A program made the position numbers and the translations under genes. This document shows positions 13,185 to 29,764 of a stretch of DNA of 64,000 nt, in pieces; position 1 is the first letter of the stretch; each line of letters begins with the position of its first letter. The notes under the pieces are model-generated. The model was not told the origin of the DNA, searched no databases, and worked only from the letters and a program-made list of their open reading frames with translations. This DNA comes from the human T2T-CHM13v2.0 reference genome, Homo sapiens, in assembly GCF_009914755.1 (NCBI RefSeq), contig NC_060927.1; one strand, written 5' to 3'.

Positions 13185-13371
13185 TACTATTCATATTTAT
13201 ATAAACAGTCACATTTTTATAACTGGAATATAGCAGAAATGCCATGTCATTAAAAACAGGTCCCAAGTGATTTTATATGACAAAAGAATCTGCACTTTGA
13301 TTTGTATTTCTGCTGCTTCCACAAATACACTTTCTTATTTTTTCCGTATGGAGTAAAATAACAAGGTGAGT

Positions 13372-13601
13372 TAATATTTATTGAAACTTAATGTATGTCA
13401 ATCAGTGTTTTCAGTGCTTTTCATTTTTTTCATAGTATTTTGTCCCTATAAAATCTCATCGAGATAGTTACTGGTGTTACTTCCATTTCACAGATGGACA
13501 CACTGAAATACAGAGAAGTTAGGTAATACATGCAAGGTCAGTCAGCCAGTAAAATGTGGACTTGGAGCCTCGTAATCTGATTTCACAGCCTGTACTCTTA
13601 A
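13372..13601 (-). mobile_element. MIR
   Basis: ccatttcacagatggacacactgaaatacagagaagttaggtaa is the reverse MIR core. Confidence 0.75.
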
Positions 13602-16600
13602 TTGTTTTGTTATGTTTGCTGGAAAACATTGCTTCTTAATTTCCATATGCATATTCTAAGGATTCGACAAAGAAAATATAACTAACAGCAGTACTTAAGA
13701 ATAAAAATGAATATCCAAGACAAATTTATAGTACAGGGCCTAAAACAGTAAGTACTCAGAAGTAATCACTGTATTTTAAGTCAACAAATGAGTCAAGGAG
13801 TGAACCCAAAATAGCAGAAAGAATGCTGCCACCAACTTTCAAAGATGTTGTATCTGTTGTAAAATATATGGCCATATAGGAAAAATTTTAAATGAATCAT
13901 CTTAGATAACTAGTCACTGTATAAACTATATAGCTGCCTCCCCAGTGCATAAAAAGCCATATTCAAAAGGTTTAATTGTTTAGAAAATGTTTTTCCACAG
14001 AAGCAAGGTGATTAAGTCATCGGGTCAACCCTGAGAAGCCAAAGTAGCCCAGAGGATGCTTGAGTTATAGTTCAGTACAAACAGTACCTTGGAAACCCTG
14101 GTTATTAATTAAACCCAAGAGGCTCCATAGAAGTGTTATCTTATCATAAATCTTGAGAACTCCTAGAGTCACAGACCCCAGCTGCTTTTGTCAAACTATT
14201 TCTGTGGCAAAGATGTATTTTAAATTTCAGTTTAGGGTTCCAGAAATTCAGCTTGCCTAGTGCAGGGGAGGTGGCCTTTCCCAAAGTCCTGGAACTCATG
14301 CTGTGAGCCAGTGTAGTTTTCCCCAGCTTTAACTTTGGGCTGCTTCTGTTTCCTGAAGCTAGTCTTTAATAGGGCATTTGCTTAGAATCAGCAGGATCTA
14401 AAGACAGGGTATGCAGTGAGGAGCTGGAGTCCAAAGCTTCCCACCTGTGTAACCTTTAGGGTGGGAAGGTGTCGTCAATATGTCTTCCAAGTGACCCCCA
14501 TGTTTCTAAGGACTCAGCCTGCCTGTTTTTTGAATGTAGTGCTCATTGATCCTGGGCCCTGTCTACTGCAGAGCTTAATGAACAGCTTCTCCCCATTCTT
14601 CCCCCTCTCTGAAATTTTCAGCTGTGTGGTTGTTGCTGTTGTTTTCTAAATACTAGTAGCCATGGGGAAACAGGTAGATCATAAAAGTATCAAACTCAAT
14701 TTTTGTTTTGTTTTGTTTTTTTTTTTGGCATTTTATCATAGGATATGGTCAAGAGACCGGTTGTAAAAACTCAGATGTGAGGAAGAAAACCATTAGGAGG
14801 TGATAAGGATTCAACAATTTAAGTAATATAACTTATGTACTTCCTATGTCAAACTTTAGGGAGGCAGATGTTAACAATACAGTCCTCAAGGAGCCGGTTA
14901 CTAACAGGGAGACTAGTATATTAGGTGGTGGCGGCAATGGTTAGGAGGGGGAAGTTTCTCGACAGCAATTGCAGGGTCAGTGAAAGAGATACTTGAGGAA
15001 GAGAGAAAGAAATGGCTCTGGTGGTTTATCTTTCCTTTTTCCCCTTCCCTCTCTCTCACACTATTAATTATGACATCACAAGTGGGAATAAAAGAACTAG
15101 AGGGAATCCCCAGTAAAAGACTTCACATAGCCACAGGCCACCAGACTGTGGCAGCTGTCCCTGAATCATCATGGGTCAGTTGGTAACGACCTGTATTTTA
15201 ACCCTAGATCACAATTTTAGGCCCAGCAAAATTGTTCTGAAGCTGTCTAGATTTATTAAGCTATATTTATATTTTAGTTTATGTTAATATGAGGTTGAGA
15301 TCCAAGACCCTGTTTTCTCCAGACCTCATATGAGTACAGTATCTTAAGTTAGAATTTATCTCTCTGCATAAAAATCAGACCTAGTGCGTAGGCTTCTGGA
15401 TCTCAGAATCACTTATACTTAAGTCCAGGCTGTTCTCAAATAAGGCAAGAAGCATCTGCTGTTAATAGCTGACAGTAAATTACACAAAGTAAAACATGGA
15501 AAATTAAAGTCAGAAAAGCTAGGAAGCTTTTCTATCATTTTCAATTTTCTGCAAAAATACAGACATAATCAGTGTTTAGGATCTGCTTGTGATGGATAAA
15601 TTACATCTGTAATTCCTTCTTTTCCATATTACTGCATTCAGACGATAATTTGCTTTCAGATATCTTTGCTCATCTAATCGTTCATAGACTGGAAATAAGT
15701 AGTAACATCTCCCAATCCTAGGAAGCATTTATAACTAGTCTTTGCCTTTTTGGGTGTTGATAGACTAGTGGTGATTATAAGCTTTCGAGCTTCTGAAAAG
15801 CACAACGAAGATTAAAATAATCATAGGATAATAAAATACTTTAAAACCCTTCTAGTCTTTAATTTTAAAATGTTCCAGTAGAACACAAATTTGCTCAGGT
15901 AACACACAAGTAAGCATTAAATGCCTTCCTGTGTATCTGAGAAGTTTGTTATGAAATATTTTGGAAACCGCTGCATAGTCAGTGTAGGAGGAGCAGATGA
16001 ATTTTAGCTGTGGTTATGTGTGCTGTAAAAGACTATACGTGCTTGTATTAGTCAGAATGAGTACACCACTAATTTTTGTATGGTAAGAGATTTATACTAA
16101 GCTCATCATCAGTTTCTATAATTCAGTGAGATAAAACTGAGTCAGATTGATTTTTAGGTAGCACATGTAGAAACAGCTAATTTTATTCCCCTGATTTGAT
16201 CCTCATCTATTGATTATATAAACTAAAGAAGCTAAGAACAATTAACCCTTACGAGGTTACACAGTCAGGAGATGCTGAACTGAGATTCAGTGTAGAAAGT
16301 CTGTCTTCAGAGCCTATGCTTTTAGTCTTTATGCTAAGTTTAACTTGTTTAAATAGCAAGATTATGAAGCACTATACAGTGACCTCGTATAGACAAAAAT
16401 ATAGTATATTGATTATTAGAGAAACTACATATTAGACTGTTGTACATACGTGGGCAAGTATTTGTTAAATCATTTCAGTTGCCTAAATTTAAGCAACTGT
16501 GCTGTTTAAAACATGCTCATTCACATTTTTTCTTAATCTAGAAAGTCACTTCTGAATAATTGCTTGTTTAGATTTTCTCATTTGGTGTGGGAAATTTATA

Positions 16601-16859
16601 TTAAAATTTTAACTAATATTCTAACAATACAGAGTCTGAACCTAAAGTCCAGAAGAATTTTAAGTCATGCCGCAGACAGGATGAACAGTATAGCAAATCA
16701 GAATAATAGACTGTTTGGGGGGGTTGGGGGGAACCCATGAGAATTTCAGGATTTCAAGATAAAGCTTGGAATTGAGGTAAAGGCATCAGATAAGGAAGTG
16801 TTTCATTTCATAACTTTTTTTTTGCTTGAAATATAATATATTTTAAATCACAAAAGTAG

Positions 16860-17202
<343 letters not shown>

Positions 17203-17804
17203 CAAGGCATTATTTTATAAGAGGCTGAGATTTTATTCATCTTACTAGGCATTTATTTATATTATATTGTTTCTAATATATGCCTAGTAAGACAGAAATA
17301 TGCTTAAAAACCTTTGTAAATCTTTACAAGTTGTACTATATTAAGTTAAAATCCAGATGAAACCATTCACCACCTCTTTGACAATGATTCATATATCTTA
17401 TTGTATGTCATGCTTGTTTGTGATTTTGAGTATTACATTTCAGAAATTTTCTAGGACTAAAATTTCAGTAGTTTATTTTAATTTTTTGTTTATTTGTAAT
17501 AATTATCAATAATGCTGAAATATTTAGATCTAGTAGGTAGAATTTTTTTCATGTGAATACATTAATTTTAATGATGTATTTAAAAATAGCTCACACTATT
17601 CTTTTTAAGACTTTTGTTATATGTAATTGGACAAAAATTTGACCATGTAAATATAAGAATCGTTGATTCTATTTTGTTCATGATATGGCATAAAGAGCAT
17701 GTTTGCTCTCAAAAAACATGGGTTTGAGAAGATGAAATTTCTGGGCATACTGGGTATTTAGTAGCTATCAGATTGTAATCCTGAACTCTTAAGAGATGTA
17801 TCTC

Positions 17805-18135
<331 letters not shown>

Positions 18136-18853
18136 TCATGTTATTTAAAATACTCCATGGGAAATATAATTATTTTTATGGAACAGTTCATTTGGATGAA
18201 TGGTAGCTTGAACAGAAACTTTCGATACCAATAGCTAGTGTTATAAGTGTCCTTTCCTGAAACTCTTGCCACGCATTGTGTTTTGGCGATTTTCATGGTT
18301 GTACGAATTTAGTCAGACAGCCAATTAGAAATATATTTTTAGAAAATTAAAAATGAATTTATGTGGATTCAATGAGATCAGTTGGGTAAATCCCTTAATT
18401 CAGTGTCATGCTCATGTAAATACTCCATAAATGGTAGCCATTAGTATTGATTGTTCTTATCTGAATGCCAGAGTTTAGTCTAAGTTATCTTTCTTCTTAT
18501 GGGAGGAACTTTGTCTTAGGTCAGAATAAAGATTGTTATATAGATTCAAACTTGGTATGTAATTCAAACTTATTTTATGTTCAAGACTAAATTGATCATA
18601 GGGAAAAGTGACTGGTGTTCCTTGTCCTTTCATTTCATTTCTCTGGACGCTTTCTTCATTGGTTTACATTAGCTATAGTGTAACTTTTTATTGTGTTTTG
18701 GTATTTTCTGAGTGTCTAGATTGGCCTGTATGCTCTTTTCTTTGGGATGAAATTTGTAATAAAAATTATTTTGTAGCAAATAAATACTGGCGACAGGAAT
18801 AATGACAATGTGACTACCAGTGGTTTTCACTTCATTCCCAGTGTCACGTTTAG

Positions 18854-19450
<597 letters not shown>

Positions 19451-20272
19451 CTCCATGTAAATACTCCATAGATACTAACGGTAGCCGTTTGTATTGTTCT
19501 TATCTGAATGACAGAGTTCAGTCTAAGTTATCTTTCTCTTATGGGAGAAACTTTGCCTTAGGTCATAGTGAATGTTATTTGTCATTATGCACATTGCACT
19601 ACAGGTCTCTGTGTTGTTTGAAAAAATTAAAAAGGACTTAACCTTGAATGTATATAAGTGTGCACATACTAGCTTATTTATTTACCTGTTATCAAGAGAA
19701 AATAACCCCTTAACCTCTTAACATATGTATGACTTGACTACTAGCTAAACCAGTAGGTATTAATGGAATAATTCAGAATTTATATTGTCTGTACCTGAAA
19801 ATTCATTTTGTAAATGCAGTTAAGTATGAATGGAAAAATGGTTGTAGCCATCTGTTAGCAAATCTAAATTCATTTAAAACTAATCCTATTTAGCTTTATG
19901 CTGGTCTACAATAAATAATTCATACTTGATATTTCAAATGCTGTATTATTTATGTAAATTTTCTCCTAAAAGACTCACCTAAGACTTTTCTAGAAATAAA
20001 ATTGTTTATTCAGCAAAGTACCTGCACAGATTAGAAGGTTAAATATTAAAGTTTATTTTTTCATGATTGCACTATTCTTTTCTATTTTTTTATACCTATA
20101 TAAACTTAATTGGTCAAATATCTACCACTCACTTCCTCAAATGTGTAAAGAAGCATCCAAATCCATAATACTCTGTTTATCACAGCTTTTTTTTTTTCCC
20201 CCTTTCACTGTCACTCAGAATCGATAGGGATCCAATTCTAGCCTGTTGAAATGGTCCGTTTTGCTCCAAGAC

Positions 20273-20570
20273 TTTTTTTTTTTTTTTGAGGTGGGAGTTT
20301 AGCTCTTGTTGCCCAGGCTGGAGTACAATAGCGTGATCTTGGCTCACCGCAGCCTCCACCTCCCGGGTTGAAGCGATTCTCCTGCCTCAGCCTCCCAAGT
20401 AGCTAGGATTACAGGCATGTGCTACCACGCCCGGCTAATTTTGTATTTTTAGTAGAGACAGAGTTTCTCCTTGTTGGTCAGGCTGGTCTTGAACTTCCAA
20501 CCTCAGGCGATCCGCCTGTCTCAGCCTCCCAAAGTGCTGAGATTATAGGTGTGAGCCACCATGCCTGGCC
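20273..20570 (-). mobile_element. AluSp/Sq-like
   Basis: gctcttgttgcccagg diagnostic; degenerate TSD gctccaa. Confidence 0.92.
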
Positions 20571-21741
20571 TAGCTCCAAAATTTTAAAAAGCATTTGCCT
20601 CATTTATGAGTTTGAGACTTTTAACATCATTAGAAATAGGAGAGCATGTACTTTTTCCAGCAAGTGTAAAGGGGGAAACAAACACCAAAACCCCATCTCC
20701 CTGATTTTTTTGGCTTTTCAGAAATAATACAGCCTAGTCCTATGGCCAGTTCTGGGTTTTTCTTGACAGCGTCTGTAACTGTTCTTGTTATAGTCTAATT
20801 CTGGGTATGAGTTATGTGTTTACAGTTTGATTTACTGAGCCATGCCACTGCATTCTTGTTAAGGTTATTGATTATTGCCCATTCTGTTCTGCTGTGTATT
20901 ATTGATTTAGTGTGTGACAATGAGTTAATTGTATTACTTGATGTTGAAGAAGGATCAAATATCTGTTCAAAGGGGATGCTTGTAGCCTGTGTAATTGAGT
21001 TGGCTATTTCAGGCTTTTAACATGTTGTGAAACAATTAGGAGAAAGTACAGGAGGACCTCTGAGGGCAGGGAACATAAAATTTGTTTTCAGCTTTTTCGC
21101 AGTTGCCAAAAATGGTGCCGTAAGGCTTTCCTGGAATTAAGTAGTCAGTTGGTATTTGGTTAGCAGATGCTTTGTAAAACCTAATATATTCCCACTATAT
21201 TTCCTTTAAAAATCAAGGGGGGGTTAACACCTTTAGATTGTCATGTTTTATTGAGAAAAATCCACTTCTCTGAAACTCCCTATTACTGGATATAAGAAAA
21301 AATAACAAGCAAGATGTGTTGTGTATGTTGGTGCCCACATTTTGGAGGAAATTACAGAGATAGAAAATTAAGCTAAATTATTAAGAATCTGATGAGTTCT
21401 TTTTGCTTACTACAGTTTTGTTTCGTATTTGATAAAAAAATTTCCATGTAATAACATTTAAGATAAAGCCAGTATTATTTTCTTTGACATTATTTTGCAG
21501 TTTGAATTTTCTAAGCTTTAGACAATTCACACTTAATGTAAAAAAAAAAATTAACCTTCAGAATGAGATCATGGTGCCATGGTTCTCTAATGAATGTTAC
21601 CTTTTGTTTTAGCAGCTCAGTTGGCTCTAATCCATGGAAAAGTTTTTATTTCCCATCAGCTCCAAAGTAGGAGCCAAACCAAAGTTTAAAGAAACGTTTT
21701 CCAGCAGACAAGTTTCTACAGATAATAGTGAAAGCGTGTGA

Positions 21742-21828
21742 ACACACACACACACACACACACTCTCTCTCTCTCTCTCTCTCACTCCTCTCTCTCTCAC
21801 ACACATATGCGCGCGCACACACCCACAC
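21742..21828. repeat. Compound (CA)n(CT)n(CA)(GC) microsatellite
   Basis: Direct inspection. Confidence 0.93.
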
Positions 21829-22444
21829 GTCTTATGGAAATATTAAATCAGGAAGAATTTCTGAAGTTCTCATAATAAAAATAACTGTAATATTAATAAA
21901 GTACTCCTTATCAGTTATTTCTCGTCACATTGTGGCCCCAAGGGTTTGCTTGACTTTTCAAAATGTATTTGCTTCAGGATAAATTGAAGAAGTACCACTC
22001 TCTCCCTGTATTAATACCTTTCAGGGCTTTTGATCTGTAACCTCTTGTCACCTCTGGTTTATCTGGCTTAGCATATGAATTTTGAAGAATGAGGGAGCAT
22101 AAACAATTATGACTGCCTTTTAAAAAATGCACGTTAAACCTGCGGCCTCAAACTTGTCAGTTCTGAACTTTAACAGTAGAAAAGTGAAAACTCAGCGTTG
22201 AAAGTAGAGAGTGTAAGAGATTTTGCCAGTTGGACCACTTTGCTGCAAATACCTATTAGACCCAAACCTTTCTTTTGCCTAGTGATCAGCTATACTAATA
22301 GCAAGATCCACTTAATTCCATGTGAGTCAACAGCTTGCATGGCATGCCCACTGTGTGCAAATAGCTTCTCAGGTACTTTTCCAAGCGTCCTGCCTGCACA
22401 AAGCAGAAGAGACTTGGAATATATTTATTTATTCTCTCACCCCA

Positions 22445-22510
22445 CTGCTTGCTCTATCACCTAGACCTTCATGCTCCATCACCTAGTCCTGCTTGCTCCA
22501 TCACCTAGTT
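22445..22510. repeat. 22-bp x3 minisatellite (ctgcttgctccatcacctagtc)
   Basis: Units start at 22445, 22467 and 22489. Confidence 0.9.
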
Positions 22511-23226
22511 GGAATTTCTAAATCAACAGACATGGGCAGATATATATTTTAAAAGCTGTGTGCCTCTGATTAACAACCATTCCTTTAATACTGCTGAGAG
22601 GTTCTGGGAACATAGTATTTTTGCCATGACTTCTCAATCTATAGAGAAGATGTATTTATCTCCTAAGGATAAAACCATCTGGAAATTTTCACATGCTCCA
22701 GACTTTCAGATAGAGCTGGCTTTGCCTTCTCTTTTTCTTCCTCCTCTTCCTTCTTTTTCTTCTTTTATTTATTTATTTATTTTGCTTTGCTTATTAAAAC
22801 TATGGATGAATTTTTAAAAAGATTAAGAAGATAAAATAACCTTCTCACCTGCTTAGTAATTTCTTATTCATAGTTAGAAGGTACAGTAACTGTTTCATAA
22901 CTGTCCCCATTAAATTTCTGATTCAAAAAATATATATTTTTCTTTATAAATACCGTTTCCTATGATTTTTGGTCCCTAAAAAGCAAACAAAAAAAAGCTA
23001 CTTGATGGTACCTTGGTTGTAGTTAGCAGGTCTCCATTTTCTACAGATCTTCCATTCTGCTTTATTAACTTCCTTTATTAATGACAAATCAGCCAGTTGA
23101 TAAAATAATGTGTTAACTTTTAAAAGATTCTTATAAATTTATGTGGAGTTCTGTGACTACCTGATATGACTTTGTGACTATTTTAGTTGTATAAAGAATT
23201 TCAAATTATTTATTCCTTTAAAAAAA

Positions 23227-23546
<320 letters not shown>

Positions 23547-26500
23547 TAACTCCACAGTTATCTCCAAGTAAGTCTAATATCTTCTCTTTGAATTTCTAAC
23601 TGATTCTTATTTATAAACCCATAGAATCTGTAAACCCACAAACAAATGATTCTTCATCGATCAAGTTCTGTTTTCAAATAGATGTTCAACGAGATGTTCA
23701 AAAAGACGATAAAGGATACATTGTAACCTAAGGACTTTATTTCGTTCATTTGGTCATTTACCTTTTAATTGTAGTGGACTTAAATGTATACAGATTTTCA
23801 TGTACAACAAGTAGTATCCTTTAGCTGCAACAAATGAATAGATTAGCCTATGTGAATATAGTTTTGCAAAATATTAATGTATGAAAGTAGTCCTAAGACT
23901 GCAAGTACTGTTGCTTTAGAACTTCATGCATAAATTGGGTGTGTTGTTACAGGATACAGAGAAAATTGATGGTCAACCTTAGCCTGTAGTATATTTTGAC
24001 AGTGTGAATGAGTCAAGCAAGCAATTTTCCAGACTGTTTAATGGTACAAAGGAAAGGGCTGCTAAGGAAGTCATTCTTATGACTAGCTGAAAAATATTTT
24101 TCTTAGTGACTGTTCTAGAGAAAAACAGGTCACCGTTGGAAGAAAAAAGCAGTCTCACGTTACAAGCATTTTGAAAGTGGTTTGATCATTAAAATGTATT
24201 TATCTTACGACAAAACTTAAAACGGATACTGCTTACTATATTTGCAATGTCTTGAAACTCAACAAGAAATTATGTAGCATCATTACAAGTTTTAATTCAT
24301 GGTAGAATTTTGGAGATTATATTTATTGAGCTATGTTTTTTATTTCATTAGTACAAATAAAACTGCATTTTATTTGTTCTAATGATAAAATGTTTTAAGT
24401 TTATAAAATTACTGCAAATGTATTCCACTGTGTGGTTCTAAACTGCATTTGAATTAAAATAGGACTTGATTGATGGAGAATCATTTGTTTGTGGGTTTAC
24501 AGATTCTCTTCTAGGTAGTTTGAAAAGATTCATTGTCCAGCAGCAACTGTTCACCCAGAGACATAGTGCTTAGCATGAGCTTGATGGATTCAAACCACTG
24601 GGTTTATCATTACTACATAGATCTTTGAAAAGACAGGCTGCAAATCTTGTTTCTAAGCTGTGACTAGCTATTATTATGTCAATTTGAAGAACAGAAGTAA
24701 AATCAATCCAGATTCAAAAAAAGACACTCTACAGGCATTCACAGACTGCAACCAGTTCAAATTGTAATATCCTGCCTATTTAAAGTCCCCTGATTATTAT
24801 GATTATTCAATATCATGTTAATATTTAAAACTTGGAATACAACCTACTAACCTTATTTTTATTTGTACTACTGGAAGTTCCTCTAGCATTTTTGAAGTAG
24901 CTTGGAAAAAAATTGAGATTCAGTTGTGGTTCTACTTACATTTTTACTAGAGTAAGTTGGAGAGACAAATCAGTGAGTAGTCAAGTCTTCATATAATCAA
25001 AGCTTTTAAAATATGATAACAAAAACTTCAGGTGTTAGATTTAGCTTCACGGAAAACCTTTTTTTGGGGGGCCTAAGTTTAAAATGTGTTTTTTCTTTGC
25101 ATTTTAAAAGATTGCTTGTGCAGTGTTCAATGGTTTTGTTTAGCATTTAGAGATGATTTTTTCCTTTGTCACTTTCCACATTGAACTCTGCTGATTTAGT
25201 GTGTTAGAATTGCCGTCAGAAGAGTCCTTAGAAATGATGTCATGCAGTTCATTAGTTTTACAGATAGGGAACCAAGGAGTGGTGAGGTTAGGGTTTAATC
25301 ATATCCATAAAGATCTTGAGGTCATTAGGACCCTTTAAATGTGACTAGTTAAATCACAGCAAAAACTAGAATATATTGTCTTCATTTCAGGAAAATGGCA
25401 TCATTGACACACCTGACAGATGAAAACTGCTATTAAGGTCGAGTCCAAGTGACAAAACTTTCTTGACTGTTCTGAGGCCTTGGTTACGGTGGCATTAAAG
25501 TTCTATACTGTTTTTTTTTTTTTTTTTTTTTTTTTTGGCTGGACAACAGACTCTCCAAAAAAATGCATGTGTATACATTATGCTTATTATAAAATTTACT
25601 AATAAAATGACATGGAAGACAATTAAAATTATAATAAAATATACAATGCTCAACATTTAAATTCTATATGGCCAATTGATTCTTACAGAATGCCTTTTTG
25701 ATTTTTGTCCAACTCTTGCATCTGTAGTCAACCTGTGGTCGCAATTGACAGAAGAGTTTAATTCTTTCTTTGTGCTCTTACTCCTGGGTCCCTCATTGTA
25801 CAGTGATCATCAAATGCAACATCCTTCATGAAAATGAATAGCTTCACTTTTTGGCATTTCCTTCCTTTTTATGTGTCATAGAATACACTACATTATTCTT
25901 GATTTTACAGTTAATTTGTAAATTGTTTCTAACCCCCACTAGTTTATAAACTCCTTAAGAATGAGAAGCTTGCATTAATCACTTCTATATATATAGTGTT
26001 TTGAATATCCTTGGCATTCATTAAATGTTTAGTGAATTGAATGCGATGTTTCTTCCAGACTATGACCAATAATTGTGAGAAGATTTTATGTGTTTTTAAA
26101 TTCAACTTTAGAGAATTTCTTTTTGTGTAATAGGACATTTGTTGGACAGCAACATGTAATTACTCATAAAATGTTTCTCTGCGGAGTCCAGCATCCTTCA
26201 TTTGTGATAGGACTCATCCAGTTAAATTGCTCAGGCACTATAATGGACTATTTATGTTCTGTTGATGTAAATTTCTAGAACAGGCCTTTCCCTGGACTCA
26301 TGCCATGTTTTGTATGTTATCTTGTGCAGGCAGCACATGGGGACCTAGTCAGGCTTCCTGATATGATAGCTGTATATACAGCCCATGTCTCAGAGGGGAA
26401 TGATAAATTGGCCTGTGCAGTGACACAATACACAGTTATTTTGGTGACAGTATTAACTCTCTTTTCATAAGGGTGCTTTGTTGGAAAACTATTCAGCTTA

Positions 26501-29374
26501 ACACAGAATATTTAGCTTTCAAAGGTTGCATAGGGAGAAATGATACTGCCAGGATAGAAACATTATCAGTTTTTTCTTTCTTTTTTTTTTTTTTTAATCT
26601 TTTTTGACTCTACCGAGAATATTGAAAAGAGTTTTGATTAGTATTGGTGTTTATTACGAGAGGAACATTCTGGGAACCAGACTATTAGTATAATTATTAT
26701 TGTTTTTATTATCAAACTAATAGCACTAACAAGGACATACGGTATTTGTCAAGGGATTCCTATATCTCTGTTACACCTAAATTTCTCTATACTCTAATTT
26801 TAGAAAAAAAGTTTTGTCTTCCAACTGTGAATACTTTATAGTGTTGCAACTTCTGCTTCTAATCTTTAATCTGAAGTAGAAAAGAGAATCCAAGCTTCCA
26901 AGAAGTATGTCTCTAGACTCTGCCACTTATTAACTTGCTCCTTATTTTTTCTCTCCAACAATTATTTTAAGATCTGTATGATATAAGCTATTTTTAGAAG
27001 AACTGAAAAGTTCTAGAGAGTAAAAAAATGTTCCAGATTGTGTGTTGGTGCCAGTAGTACTGACAATTAAATATTTGATTGAGGAGAAACCTACATTTAT
27101 CCACTTTGAAGAGGATCATCAGGGGAGTTAAAAATTTAGTACTTCAGGCTCATTAAGAGTTAGAATAGAGTAATTATGTAGCTGGTAACAAATGCTACAA
27201 TCACCACTTGAGCATTGTGATATGTTACTCATTGAGACTTACTGGCCTTCTTCAGGGAACTTCAGATTTTATAAAAGTCATTTGCTTAGAGAGTAAAGTT
27301 CTGCTAATCCATTATTTTAGTTCTGTCATCTTTTTCTGCAAATAGGGTGAGTTTTCCGAGAGGGTAAGTCCCTGGTAATAATCTTAAAAATGATACAACT
27401 TTACAGAATATCTCCCCTTGCCATGAAGCAATACTTAATGTCTTGAACAGTGAGCCTCTTGTTCATGCAGCATTTAAAAGAGATGAGTGTAGAGGTCTTC
27501 CTTCTACATTCATTTTATTCGTTAGTAATTGAGAAGCAGGTCTAATTTTCTAATCTTGCAAGTTGGGAAATTATTAAAATGCTCAAGAGACAGTAGATCA
27601 AGCCTGGTGTCCCTTTCTCCATCAAATTTTAAAGGATTTTTTTTTCCTCAGTAATTCTGCCTTTGTGTATTTCCAATCTTGCTTCCTATTTGCATTGCAC
27701 ACAGTGGCATGTCAATTTCAAAAGAAAATGTATTCAGATCTACTTTCAAACTAACTGAAAGAGATAGTGGTATTTATTTTATCCTGAGGTTTTGTTGTTG
27801 TTGTTATGGTTGTTCTTTGTTTTTTAAATCTGGACATATCAGTAATCTCCTAAGAGAATCTATTCCAAACACAGAGACTGTTTATTCTTGTTTTAGATAC
27901 TGTTTTAAAAGCCAGGTTATGTTATTATAGTATAGATATTTTAAAAAATAATGAAAACAGAGTTTTTTTAACCATATTTTTGTACTGCATAAAAATGCAG
28001 TGACAAGAGAAAAACATTAGAACTCTGTCATACTCCTAATATAGACCATTGCTGTTAGGTTTCTAACTCCATGTTCCCTGTCTGGAAGCTTTATAAGGCC
28101 GTGCCTTAGTCTTCTTAAGCCTAACACATTGTAGCCTTCCAATAAATATTACTTTATTTGTATTAAATTTAAAATGGAATAGAATGTGGTACATCACCAG
28201 CGTTCATAGCTCCTGACCCATGCCATAACTTTCCTTGCCCCATCCCCAAGATTAAAAAAACACAAACTATTAGACTAATTATAGTCATTACAGTTGTAAA
28301 TTAGGTCATGCATTTCATTAAAAATTGACGCAGCTCCCTTTTTGAAAGGCTATGTCACGGAAATGCAAACTAGCCTTGTATATAGAACACTAAAATCATT
28401 TAACTTGAATTATTCTAATTACGATACCACAAAGATTAAAAAATACATCTATATTATCTCAGTCTGATAACTGGGCTGGGAAAAAATGTCAGTTTTGATA
28501 TGTAACAAGATTGGTATGAGTTATTTTACGTGACAGTTTTATTGATTGATTTTTTTCATTTATAATCACTAATTTTGTGAGGTTTTCTCCCCTGCAGCAG
28601 TGGACTGAAAAAGTTAACATTTTTCTGGCATTTTTTAAGCGCTAAGAGTAGAAATCAATAGTTAAATTGACCTAATAAAAGATCTGTGCATCCTACTACT
28701 GTGACAAGAAGAGCAACAGAAAGCAACATGTATAGACTCTTAACAAGGCTCAAGGCACATTTTGGATTTGTTTTGCATATGAATTTAATAAGCATGAGAC
28801 AGTGCTAGTGAATTACATTTGTTTTATTGAGTCTATTTAAGCCAGGATACTGTTAAGTAATAGACTGACGGTTTGTGGGAGCCAGATTCAGTAACAGGTC
28901 AGCAACAGACTTGCCACATGCCAAAAATGGGGTTATACTGGTTTCAGTTTGCTAACTGCCTAAGTAAACTTGTGTAGAATTTGCATTTTTTGCTTTGCAA
29001 TTACTGGTTACTTCTCTTTAACATTACATTTGCATTCTATGTAAAAAATAGATTTTATATTTAATTCAAAATTTATCCAAATGTACTTACTCATTGGACA
29101 TTATTTTTAAATGATAAAGGAACTTAAAAAAGTGATAGGATCAATATAGTAATAATTCTAACTCCCTTTTATACCCATATAAAATTCATTTAACTAGACT
29201 TATTCATTCAACAATATTGTTAAATAACCTAAAGGAATTTTTTTAAAGAAATAGTGTAAACATACAAATATGAATAATTTGAACTCCCTTTTATATAAAT
29301 ATATCTGTAGTCACTAACTGTAAATAATTTAAAAAATATATATGTACACACACGTGCGTGCACACACACACACA

Positions 29375-29764
29375 CGTCATGCCTTAACAATGGGGATATA
29401 TTCTGTGTGTCATTAGGGTATTTCATTGTTGTGTGTACATCATAGAGTATACTTACACAAACCTAAATGGTATAGCCTACTACACATCTAGGCTGTATAG
29501 TACGGCCTATTGCTCCTAGGCTGCAAACGTATACAGCCTGTTATCCTATTGAATACTGTAGGCAGTTGTAACATAATGTTATGTATTTGTGTATCAAAAC
29601 ATACTCAAACGTAGAAAAGATATTGTGTTGTGCTATGAGGTTATGATGTCTACAAATGTCACTGGGTGGTAGGAATTTTTCAGCTCCATTGTAATCTTAT
29701 GGGACCACCATCATATATGTGGGTCCTTTGTTGACTGAAGCGTTGTTATACAGCTATTGACTAT
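29375..29764. mobile_element. Tigger3-family DNA transposon deletion derivative
   Basis: catcatagagtatacttacacaaacctaaatggtatagcctactacac... and cagctccattgtaatcttatgggaccacc match the Tigger3 ends. Confidence 0.8.

Noticed and set aside
21627-21982. ORFs with CVCV/ERER/HTHT repeats (also 2568..2942)
   Set aside because: Microsatellite translations.
22445-22510. CRISPR-like interpretation of the 22-bp repeats
   Set aside because: No unique spacers, only three units, eukaryotic context.
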